Origin: Octopus bimaculoides
Lineage: Eukaryota
Direction: 5' to 3'
Length of the DNA stretch: 45,082 bases
Assembly (NCBI RefSeq): GCF_001194135.2
Contig: NC_068985.1
Span: forward strand, 117,457,681-117,502,762
The notes below the pieces were generated by a model. The model had not been told where the DNA came from, searched no databases, and worked only from the letters and a program-made list of their open reading frames with translations. Shown here in pieces: positions 1-10,947 of the stretch. The stretch's first letter is position 1. Each line of letters opens with the position of its first letter. The translations under genes and the position numbers were made by a program.

Positions 1-36
<36 letters not shown>

Positions 37-150
37 TCTGTATGATCGTACATATCTATGTATGTATGTGTGAGTGCGTGTGAGTATGTGTATACATATA
101 CACATACTTGTATATATACATATATATACACACACATATATATATATATA

Positions 151-199
<49 letters not shown>

Positions 200-305
200 N
201 NNNNNNNNNNNNNNNNNNNNNNNNNNNNNNNNNNNNNNNNNNNNNNNNNNNNNNNNNNNNNNNNNNNNNNNNNNNNNNNNNNNNNNNNNNNNNNNNNNNN
301 NNNNN

Positions 306-358
<53 letters not shown>

Positions 359-427
359 TTCTTTTTGTATGCACACAAACAGAGAGACAGACAGATAGAC
401 AGGCAGATAGCTAGCTAGCTAGCTAGC

Positions 428-474
<47 letters not shown>

Positions 475-475
475 G

Positions 476-540
<65 letters not shown>

Positions 541-541
541 G
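1..541. repeat. Compound microsatellite: (TA)n, gap, (TG)n, (CTAG)n, (ATAG)n
   Basis: Direct reading. ORFs 56..418 are translations of these arrays. Confidence 0.95.
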
Positions 542-1404
542 CGTATATATTCTTTCTTTCAAGTATGTTAGACTAAGAACTTGACGACTCTGTGTTCGGG
601 ATTAAACGTGTGGGGCGTGCATACACATTGAACTGATATGCAAATACACACATTCATATGCATATATAAGTCTCTGTTTTTGAGAGAAGGAGAGCCAAGT
701 AGAATGTGTGTGTATTTGTGTGTGGCTGTGTATACGTGTCAGTGTGAGTCTCTGTGTGTATACATAGCGTAACTACATATGCACAATATGTGAACCAATA
801 TGGCGGTAAAGTCAATAGTTAAGTTTACGCTAAAATGAGCGTTAAGATTTCACACATCTTTTAAAGTCTTGTTGAATAAATAAGATTAGTCACATCACCA
901 GAATTATAAGGAAACACACCGGAAGTAGAATTCTTTTGCTTTTTGTTTTATTTTATTTATTCTCTTTTTGCCATCCTATCTTTGTCTTTTTGCTGTTGTT
1001 TGCCTTGGTTTTTTGCTTTTGTTTTGTTTTCTGTTGTTGTTGTTCGTTGTTGTTCTTTGGTAGCGCGTATGTTTAGGTTATTCACTGGATTCTGCCTACA
1101 TTAATTCCTTTGTGTTTGTTTCTAATGCTCACTCGTCGCCATCACCGTTGGTGGTGGAGGTGGTGGTGGTTTTAGAAGAAGTCGGACGTTGTGCTACTGG
1201 TGAGGTTACAAATGTTAGTATATTCCTCTTCTTCGTGTTGATGGTGGTGACGGCAGTGATGGACTTGGTGATGGTGGATTTGGTGATTTGTAACGGTGGT
1301 TTGGTTTGCTTTGGTTTGAATGCTTAGTGTTGAATTTGTGACCATGCGGATGAGAAGATGTTTTAATTTAGCCTCTGGAGAAATTCCTTCAAGAAGACAG
1401 ACGG

Positions 1405-1515
1405 TTTCAAACTTGATCACAAAGCCAGCAATTTTATGGCAGGTGCTAAATGTACGTTGACCCCAGTACATGGTTGTTACTTATTTCATCGACCTTGAAA
1501 AGATTTAAGTAAAGT
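1405..1515 (-). mobile_element. Truncated SINE type A (3' part)
   Basis: GACCCCAGTACA...TACTTATTTCATCGACC matches the reverse complement of the central domain of the type A copies at 18465 and 29015. Confidence 0.6.
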
Positions 1516-1561
1516 TTAGCAGAGACTACGCTCCTCTACGCATCACGCACACAAACACACG

Positions 1562-1593
<32 letters not shown>

Positions 1594-1639
1594 TGCACAC
1601 ACGCGTGCATAAATTGTAAATGATCATTTCTAGTAGAGA

Positions 1640-1828
1640 CAAAACTTCAAACGTTTGGTAGGGTGGGGCTAGTCGATTACACCGTATCAGTACATGGCTG
1701 GTACTTCAATTTATCGACCCGAAGGGATAAGTTGACCTCGGCAGCATCTGATTTCAGAACGTAAAGTGTCTGAAGAAATACCGCTAAGCATTTTGCCCGA
1801 CGCGCTAATGAATCTACCAGTTGCCACA
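1640..1828 (-). mobile_element. tRNA-derived SINE type A
   Basis: TAGTCGATTAC...GGTACTTCAATTTATCGACCC...GACCTCGGC...CAGAACGT...AAATACCGCTAAGCATTTTGCCCG is the reverse complement of the type A consensus seen elsewhere in the window. Confidence 0.85.
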
Positions 1829-2286
1829 TTTCTTTAAGCAGATAATTTTTTTAAATTTGTTTAATTTGTATTCAGCTACAACGCATTAAGAATCAGTTTA
1901 TCCGGTGTCTATTTTGCAGTTTGTAGAATATGACAGGAGTTTCATTTGGCATTGTATCTACAAGATCAAATAACCACACATTGGTTACCCTATTGTTTCA
2001 TGATTATTGCTCTTATACCCGTTGTTGCTGATTTGAACAGGTTCGTGATTAAATTTCTTCTAGCCATAAAATTGATATCATTTCTCTAGCATAATATTTC
2101 TAACATTGCACACCATTAAACAAATAGGACGTCAGCTTAATAAGGTGTTCTTTGAAAGATATTTGGCTACTATCTCTAGCCAGTAGAGTGATCAAAAAGA
2201 GCCGCCTTACACACTGGCCTGCTGTTATTGGGGACAGCGATATTAAGTAGACGTATAAGTAAAGACATCCCACCCATGAACATATA

Positions 2287-2441
2287 GGCAAAGGAGTGGC
2301 TGTGCGGTAAGTAGCTTGCTTACCAACCACATGGTTCCGAGTTCAGTCCCACTGTGTGGCACCTTGAGCACTACTATAGCCTAGGGCCGACCACGGCCTT
2401 GTAAGTAGATTTGCTCGACGGAAACTGAAAGAAGCCCTTCG

Positions 2442-2497
<56 letters not shown>

Positions 2498-2672
2498 CAA
2501 CATCGCTTGATTTTGGTGTGTTTACGTCCCCATAACTAAAGGGTTCGGCAAAAAAGACCGATAGAATAAGCACTAGGCTTACCAAGATTAAGTCCTTGGG
2601 TCGATTTGCTCGACTAAAGGCATCGCTCCAGCATGGCCACAGTCGATAGACTGAAACAAGTAATAGAATAAA
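2287..2672 (+). mobile_element. tRNA-derived CORE-like SINE type B with internal (TA)/(GT)n and CR1-like 3' tail
   Basis: A-box-like TGGCTGTGCGGTAAG, B-box-like GGTTCCGAGTTCAGTCCC, CORE-like GGCACCTTGAGCA, 3' end CCAGCATGGCCACAG...CTGAAACAAG. A paralogue lies at 7473-7920. Confidence 0.85.
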
Positions 2673-4543
2673 CGAATACTGCTTATAACTGTTGTCTGTT
2701 AATTGAATGGTGTCTCGGACAATGCCTGTTTTATAGTAGCCGAACGAAATTATCTGTTGACGAGGAACTCCAGGTCAACTATGTTCAGACGGTATGATGG
2801 TACACAGATAGTCGGACCACATTATTGCTATGCACCGCCACTCAACTGCTTGATCATTAAACATACTGCACGCTCTGATTTGTGGTGAAGTACCATGAGG
2901 CAAGGTTGTTGGTCTCATGCAATTCTTCATTTTGTCTCTGCACACATATATTGAATCAGGTTTTCAGTCGCTAGTTAACACACTAGTAACTTGCCCTTAT
3001 AATGGATGTATTGTATGAGGCAATGAAATCGATATACAACTTTCACACATATATANNNNNNNNNNNNNNNNNNNNNNNNNNNNNNNNNNNNNNNNNNNNN
3101 NNNNNNNNNNNNNNNNNNNNNNNNNNNNNNNNNNNNNNNNNNNNNNNNNNNNNNNNNNNNNNNNNNNNNNNNNNNNNNNNNNNNNNNNNNNNNNNNNNNN
3201 NNNNNNNNNNNNNNNNNNNNNNNNNNNNNNNNNNNNNNNNNNNNNNNNNNNNNNNNNNNNNNNNNNNNNNNNNNNNNNNNNNNNNNNNNNNNNNNNNNNN
3301 NNNNNNNNNNNNNNNNNNNNNNNNNNNNNNNNNNNNNNNNNNNNNNNNNNNNNNNNNNNNNNNNNNNNNNNNNNNNNNNNNNNNNNNNNNNNNNNNNNNN
3401 NNNNNNNNNNNNNNNNNNNNNNNNNNNNNNNNNNNNNNNNNNNNNNNNNNNNNNNNNNNNNNNNNNNNNNNNNNNNNNNNNNNNNNNNNNNNNNNNNNNN
3501 NNNNNNNNNNNNNNNNNNNNNNNNNNNNNNNNNNNNNNNNNNNNNNNNNNNNNNNNNNNNNNNNNNNNNNNNNNNNNNNNNNNNNNNNNNNNNNNNNNNN
3601 NNNNNNNNNNNNNNNNNNNNNNNNNNNNNNNNNNNNNNNNNNNNNNNNNNNNNNNNNNNNNNNNNNNNNNNNNNNNNNNNNNNNNNNNNNNNNNNNNNNN
3701 NNNNNNNNNNNNNNNNNNNNNNNNNNNNNNNNNNNNNNNNNNNNNNNNNNNNNNNNNNNNNNNNNNNNNNNNNNNNNNNNNNNNNNNNNNNNNNNNNNNN
3801 NNNNNNNNNNNNNNNNNNNNNNNNNNNNNNNNNNNNNNNNNNNNNNNNNNNNNNNNNNNNNNNNNNNNNNNNNNNNNNNNNNNNNNNNNNNNNNNNNNNN
3901 NNNNNNNNNNNTATATATATATATATATATATCCTAATTACTAATAAAATAGATCTTAGAGTATCATATGTTCATAGGATTACTCGTACCTTTAAATACT
4001 TTAGAAACAGATAATAGTAAGTATATCATAATATGATTTGGTATCATGAGTTATCCGGTGTGTCATATCATTCATATGATATCCTCTATTATATAGAAAT
4101 CCATGTAGAATTCTTTTCTATTAATCCTTAACCCGCTTGACTTCTAATCTTTCAATAATTATATTGTATATGTATCCGTTCAGTATTGGGATTCTCTTTC
4201 CTTATAGTTAGTGTAACACGTAAATTTACTATGGATTGCTAAATCTTACACCTCCAATATGTATTAGGTATATCCCACAGTAATTGTTGTTATTCTCCCT
4301 GGATTAGTGCCTTTAATATATATATATTTAGAAACGTTTTAGGGAACCCATTTCCAAAGGTATCTTTATTTTTATTGTTTTCAATTAATATTTTATACAT
4401 ATGTTTATTTTTTATTTGGTATTATAATAATATCATACCTAAGCAATCTTTTCAGTATACGAATATACTTTATAATTTATATCATAATTTATAAAATAAT
4501 CCTTTTTATTTTGATTTATCCTTACTTTTATTTCTGTTATATC

Positions 4544-4615
4544 TTTTATATCATTCTGTACGGAAATACCTTTTATATCATTCTGAACGGAAATACCTTT
4601 TTATATCATTCTGTA
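4544..4615. repeat. 27-bp tandem repeat, about 2.6 copies (TTTTATATCATTCTGTACGGAAATACC)
   Basis: Units at 4544-4570 and 4571-4597 (one substitution), and a partial unit from 4598. Confidence 0.9.
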
Positions 4616-5451
4616 AAAAATATTTTATAAAGTTTTATAAAAATTTTTATATTTCCTTTTTTTTTATATATTCATATTATTAGATTTTTATGTATCTATA
4701 TACCCTCTTATAATTTTGTGTAGCTTATATAGCTTATAAAGAGTTTTTAATCTCCTTTCATAAAACTCATTGTATAATACAATATTATATTTTATATTTA
4801 TTATGTTTTATAAACATTATGCTTTATAATTTTTTTTCCATATCTGTCTTTGATATTTTTATACATTTATACATCCTTTCATATACTTTCCTAGTGTTTG
4901 TAATTTATAAATAAATTTTTATAAGGTATTTTCTATATACTTTATTGGATATGGGAATCCTTATTTTAGTATATTTTTAAATCATGCAACATTCATTAAA
5001 TGTTAACATGCCCAAACCGGTTTAGGTATCGCTTCTGAATGTACTCCCTTACACATTTAGTATACCTCTAATTCAATTAGCCCTTATATTCGATACCATA
5101 TTTTACGATATCTTATACTTATCCTCCTGTAGTGAAGTAAATAGTTCTTGTTATTGCTTTGATATATATTATGTACTCCTATGCATATGATAATTCAGTT
5201 CAGTTATACATTCATTATAGAATTATAACGTTATAAATTACTACCTCCCACATCCTTCAATACTAATTTCTACCCCTGAAGCTTATATTACTTATCTCTT
5301 TTAGTTTTTCATTATATTTCCCTTATATTTGACAATCTAAGTATTAGCCACCGTTATCCTTCTTTCTTCCAGGGACCACGGTTCCCACATCAATAATTTT
5401 CTTACCAGCAACTCTGCGACATACCCTTTTACGTAGATAAAGCTAGATATA

Positions 5452-5462
5452 TGGATATATAT

Positions 5463-5520
<58 letters not shown>
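5452..5520. repeat. (TA)n microsatellite
   Basis: Direct reading. Confidence 0.95.
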
Positions 5521-5523
<3 letters not shown>

Positions 5524-6010
5524 AGTGAAAAAACTACAGAAGGCTTGTGTTACATGGTTAAAGTATATATTTAAATTATGTCAGAAAAATGTTATAAAAT
5601 ATTTTGGTATATAAACATTGTATTTGGAGAAATAACCGGTTTCGTGTTGTCTTTTCAAATTTCTCTACTTCATCGTAACATGTGTTCGCTCCCGTGAGTA
5701 AGAAAGAGTTCTAGATATACAGTTGACAATTCATAAGAGATTTAATTCTATTCTAAATGGTTGACGACTACATGCAACATAAAGTCTTCTAAGTATAAGT
5801 TTCTATGCCACCATTTCTTTTTTCTTGACTTCCCACTACTTCCTCTGCTACTCTCTAAATTATAGTAGGCTTAACAAGGTAGGTATTATTTTCTAAACTC
5901 ATTCTGCCACAGATATAACAACAAGAAACAATTTAAATATTTCGGTTTCCAATATTGATGTAAATTTGTTTATAAAAATAGTTTATCCTTTATGTTTGAT
6001 GCCTATGCGG

Positions 6011-6095
6011 TCATCAGAAAAGAGCGGTTTCTTTCAAATTGATGCAATGTTCTCATTGATTAATTAAATGGAGCTGCTTGAAACGGCCGTAATGA
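6011..6095 (+). ncRNA. Degenerate type I hammerhead ribozyme motif
   Basis: TCAT-CAGAAAA-GAGC...GCTT-GAAA-CGGCCG-TA-ATGA: stem I TCAT/ATGA, palindromic stem III, two core substitutions. Aligns with the 39194-39281 copy. Confidence 0.55.
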
Positions 6096-6387
6096 ATTGA
6101 CAGGTGTACATCTTTGTTACTTGTTTATATTCTGTTCACTTAACTTGGAATCTGCACTTCGGAAATACTATAGAAATTACCTTTATATAAAAAGTACAGG
6201 TCCAAATTACTAAGAGCGGTATCTTCACATGGCTGGGTTGAGTTGTCTGCACACACGACAGAAATATTGGGTACAAACACCCATACACGAAGTCTTGATA
6301 TTCAATATTCAAATAATATTGTTGAGGTGTGCAGTCGATACCGAACTAATAAGGTGCCTCAATTTAAGTACCTAATTCAACTGAATC

Positions 6388-6431
<44 letters not shown>

Positions 6432-6869
6432 GCAACACGGATTTCAAAGGTGATTGCAGTACGCACGTTTCATGCTACTCCAATTTATTTAATGTAATGC
6501 ACGCATTACCTAAAAATTCATAACGTGTAAATAGTGACAGATAGACAGGCAGACAGACAGATGGACAAATAGACAGATATTATTCCAACAACGAAGAGAA
6601 GAAAAAGTATTCAGTATAATCACTGGATATTTTGTGTGATGCATCTCTAGTTGATACTCAGCTTCTGCGAATAATTCTTGCCGCATGTTTCCGAGTTCCT
6701 TTCCATAAGAAAAATATTGCAAATTCATGATGGCGAAATGGTATACTCATTGTGGGATGTAGTCGGAATGTATCTCTCAGACTGTAATATATTATCCCTT
6801 TAAGAAGTAACTGGATGGGATATATATCTCTTACTTCATGATTCAGTTATATTTTTAAGTGGCACTCTA

Positions 6870-7200
6870 CAGTAGGGTTTCCCAAACATTTTGTTTTATC
6901 TATGGACCCTCTGATTACTCTGCTATCCTGGTGGACCCCATAATCATTTGATATTTAAAATCTATTTTATAGAAACTTCTTTCAAAATTCCTATTTCGGT
7001 TTTCCAACATTAACTTGTGCATGTTGAACTATGTAAAATGTTCGCGAACGAAAACTAGCTGTCCTTTGTAGTACATACCAATACATACAAGTTTTTTCAG
7101 AGCCCCTTAAAATGCTATTATGGATTCCCAATTTGTTATTTTGTTGCGCGGAGCCACCCCAAGAATCATATATGCACCTTTAGGGATCAAATTTGGGTGA
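6870..7200 (+). mobile_element. hAT-like MITE remnant
   Basis: Begins CAGTAGGGTTTCCCAAAC, with internal GGACCC motifs and a decayed TTTGGG end, as in hAT/Charlie-type non-autonomous elements. Right TIR is poor and no TSD is seen. Confidence 0.4.
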
Positions 7201-7472
7201 ATAAGAGAAGCAATTTTTTAGCAATAACATTTTCAAATCACACGGAATAAAAATTTTATATTATTTCATAAGCCCAACTGCGAATATCAATCATATCTTG
7301 AACTGGTTAGTAATTTGAAAACAACGAAGAGAGGAATATGTAATTGTATAAGCAATAAGAATAAATCTCTTCTCTCAGCTACAAGTTGTTCCACGATAAT
7401 TCGTAAAATCGACCAACTAAATTACATACATAATACAATATAATATATTAGATATACTATATTGCATATATA

Positions 7473-7920
7473 GGATCAGGTATGATCGGGTGGTAAGACA
7501 TTTGATTCCCAAAGACATGGTTTAGGGTTCAGTCCCATTGCATAGCAACTTGAGTGTCTTCTACTGAAGTTTCTGGCCGGCCAAATTATTGTGATTTGAT
7601 TCGTGTGTATGTATATATATATATATGTATGTTTATGTATGTATATATGTGAATATTATGTGTGTGTGTGTGTTTATGTTTGTATGAATATACGTATATG
7701 CCTGTGTGAATCTTTGAGTTTGTATTTGGCCCCCATCACCGCTTGACAACGTTTTTACGTCCTAACTTAGCGGTTCGGCAAGAGTGATCGAGAGAATAAA
7801 TTCCAGGTTTACAAAATAAAAATGATCACTGCGGTCGGTTCGTTCGACTAGAATTCTTCAAGGTGGTACCCTAGCAGCGCCGCAGTCTAATATCTGAAAC
7901 TAGTAAAAGATAAAAAGATA
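7473..7920 (+). mobile_element. SINE type B (older copy)
   Basis: GGTGGTAAGA...GGGTTCAGTCCCATTGC...CGCTTGACAAC...AACTTAGCGGTTCGGCAAG...CTGAAACTAGTAAAAGA, collinear with 2287-2672. Confidence 0.8.
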
Positions 7921-8356
7921 CACGTACACACACATGCATAAATAAACATATGGCCCTCTCTTTATCTCTTTCTATCTCTCATATATATATATATATGTAT
8001 ATATATANNNNNNNNNNNNNNNNNNNNNNNNNNNNNNNNNNNNNNNNNNNNNNNNNNNNNNNNNNNNNNNNNNNNNNNNNNNNNNNNNNNNNNNNNNNNN
8101 NNNNNNNNNNNNNNNNNNNNNNNNNNNNNNNNNNNNNNNNNNNNNNNNNNNNNNNNNNNNNNNNNNNNNNNNNNNNNNNNNNNNNNNNNNNNNNNNNNNN
8201 NNNNNNNNNNNNNNNNNNNNNNNNNNNNNNNNNNNNNNNNNNNNNNNNNNNNNNNNNNNNNNNNNNNNNNNNNNNNNNNNNNNNNNNNNNNNNNNNNNNN
8301 NNNNNNNNNNNNNNNNNNNNNNNNNNNNNNNNNNNNNNNNNNNNNNNNNNNNNNNN

Positions 8357-8401
<45 letters not shown>

Positions 8402-9312
8402 ACGTCTGTGTGTGTTCGTGTGTTTGTGCGTGTGTTTGTGTATGTATGTTTGTGCGTATGTGTGTGTGTGTGTCTTTCTGTTTCATATCTCTCTATGTAC
8501 TTCTATACACTTGGTAACATCAAATACTTAATTGAACCAAGAAGTGCAGATATCGCCTCACTCACAAGGCACAAATTTAGCAAAGTACTTGACACTATTA
8601 GCTGCCACAACTCCCAAAATGAAGACTTCAAGAGATGCCGTCGCACATATTTGTGCATGCTAGCTAACTACAAAGCAGAGCCCCCTGACCATAAACCACC
8701 TCAAAACCCATCTTACCGTGAAGGATGTTTTCTGATACGTTCCGTTCCTCCTTCTTTCGCACTCTGCCTTTCCTGCATGTGAGAATCTTGTAAACATTTC
8801 ATTTTTAAAGTTGTAGCATATATTACAAACTTCGGAAGATTTTAAGATTATTGCGCTCTCCTTCAGACAAACATGATTAAAAGAACACACAAGTATTCTT
8901 CTTGTGAATTGTTTAAGTTTGTTTGTTGTGAAATTTCAGTCAGAGTCTTTTCGAAAGAGAAGTAAAATAAAATCATGTCCTTTGGAAATGAAAAACAAGT
9001 GACTTGCTGAAAGAGTTGAGAGAAGAATCAAATGAGGAATTGGGCTACAGAACTGATAGATGTAGAGAGTGAGGTAAGAACTGAATGGGGGAAGAGAATT
9101 TTCATAGGGAGTGAGAGGAAACACTGTAGTCTGGGTTAACAGACGACGATCCCAGGCAGGGTCCAGAACAAGAAAAAAGATATAAGCAATGTAAAGAAAA
9201 GCACCCAAAAAATTATATAGGAATATCAATATATGTAGAGATCGATATTAAAATAGTTACTCGGCTAGGTAGGTAGATAAATAAATGGATTGATAACATG
9301 CTAGCTAGCTAG

Positions 9313-9333
9313 AATGACAGACAGACAGAAGTC

Positions 9334-9410
<77 letters not shown>

Positions 9411-9412
9411 TT
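9313..9412. repeat. (GACA)n(GATA)n microsatellite
   Basis: Direct reading. Confidence 0.95.
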
Positions 9413-9477
9413 CATATGCAAACACTCGCACATGCACATATCCTGAACGAAAGGGAAATGATATATGCATACACGTG

Positions 9478-9515
<38 letters not shown>

Positions 9516-9959
9516 TGCATGTATATATGCATGCATATCTATATACCTGTCAGTAGACTACATACAACAAATATAAGACCGTGAATTGGAATGGCCAGCC
9601 ACCTCTCACCTATAAATACAGTTACATGCGACATCAGAATTACCTGTCTCACTAAATTAGCAAAACATTCTCTCTCCTGTTCTAAGAATAGAACAAGCGA
9701 TGACCCTCGTTCCCCTTGGACAATCTTTTAAAAATTAGTTTATCATTTTATGTTTTTTCCAGTTTAGTAGAATGGTTAGAGCCTTATCTAGATGACTTTA
9801 AATAATTCTGGCAGATCGCCATCCGTGATTTGATATACATGAATATCTGTGTATGTGACTATGTGACAGTGTGTTTATCTGTGCGTAAGTATATGTTTAT
9901 ATATGTGTGTGTGTGCATGTGCACGCGCGTGTGTATTTATATATACATGTATATAGGCT

Positions 9960-9996
<37 letters not shown>

Positions 9997-10219
9997 GCAC
10001 ATACATACATGCACACACACTTCCTCTCTCTCTCTCTCTCACACACACACATATATATATACATGCATATATATGTGTGCATGTGTATGTGTATATGTGT
10101 GTGCATGTATGCGTATATACATATACATGCATGTGTGTGCGAGTGCGTGCGTATATGTATGTATACACACATATACATATGCATATACATACATATATAT
10201 ATATGCATATATATACATT

Positions 10220-10560
10220 CTATTATTGGTTTCAGCCAGGACCTGTGGCCATGCTAGGGCAGTACCAGTAAGGCTAATGCGTGTTTACTTTAGACTCACT
10301 TTCTGGTATGTCTCCCTGGTCAGTTACAATGAGACAATGAGCTGAACGGAGCTGTCCTTCCCGCTACTTGGCGCGGCGAGGATTCGCTTGGTACATCGGC
10401 TAAAAATTTGTTTACTTGATCTTTGGACACATCCATATTTCCACTTCACACATCTCTGAGGCCTTTTGGCAAGTTACTGAAAATTTGTGTGAGCTTTGAA
10501 CCGTCATTTGTTGCAATGTTGGGATCTTACTCTGGACAGAGAGAAACGGATGCTTGGTAC
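10220..10560 (-). mobile_element. CR1-type LINE 3' fragment (end of ORF2 plus 3' UTR)
   Basis: Minus frame reads GSKLTQIFSNLPKGLRDV*SGNMDVSKDQVNKFLADVPSESSPRQVAGRTAPFSSL, resembling the CR1 C-terminal pattern (LFNxLPxxLR...FKxxLDxFLxxVPDEP). Tail CTAGCATGGCCACAG...CTGAAACC. Confidence 0.65.
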
Positions 10561-10776
10561 TATGCAATGGCGTCAAGTCCCAAAATTGGATATTTGACCG
10601 TCTAGAAATAAGATACAAAACATAGATTGACATACAGAGAGTAGGACAAATAGATAGATAGAGAGAGAGAAAGAGAAAGACTCAAGCAGACAGACAGACA
10701 GACAGACAGATAGCAGACAGATGACAGACAGACAGACAGACAGACAGACAGATGGCAGACAGATGACAGACAGATA

Positions 10777-10907
10777 AGTTTCTTTATTAGCCACACAGGG
10801 TCGAACACAGAGGGAACAAAATACAATGTAGAGCTTTTCTTTTTGAAAATAGGAAGAAAAAAAAGGAGAAAAATAAAATTCCCATCAAAAGGGATCGTGA
10901 GAAAAAA

Positions 10908-10908
<1 letters not shown>
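10777..10908 (-). mobile_element. Short 5'-truncated Tx1 3' end with AATAAA and (TGTC/TATC)n tail
   Basis: About 80% similar by eye over the first ~65 bp to 10947-11012. Confidence 0.75.

Positions 10909-10946
<38 letters not shown>

Positions 10947-10947
<1 letters not shown>

Noticed and set aside
56-418. Long ORFs of YI/VC/TH/LS/I/N repeats here and throughout the ORF track
   Set aside because: They are translations of microsatellites or read through N-gaps.
795-930. CCAATATGGCGG (YY1-like) and ACCGGAAGT (ETS-like) motifs 130 bp apart
   Set aside because: Short motifs with no CpG-rich context or downstream exon signal; expected by chance or from repeat remnants.
1120-1330. Thr/His-rich minus-strand frames resembling a terminal exon
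   Set aside because: ACC/CAC-rich cryptic simple sequence; several frames are open because of composition, and the acceptor is weak.
5628-5690. Minus-strand CGATGA...GAAACCGGTT hammerhead-like motif
   Set aside because: The core lacks U4 and no stem I partner is found; at best a remnant.
8706-8775. Possible 56-nt minus-strand exon ending ACG/GTAAGA
   Set aside because: No recognisable peptide, a mediocre acceptor and no supporting neighbouring exons.
9120-9270. Open plus frame with KQCKEKHPKNYIG, superficially GIY-YIG-like
   Set aside because: Motif spacing does not fit and no other endonuclease residues are present.
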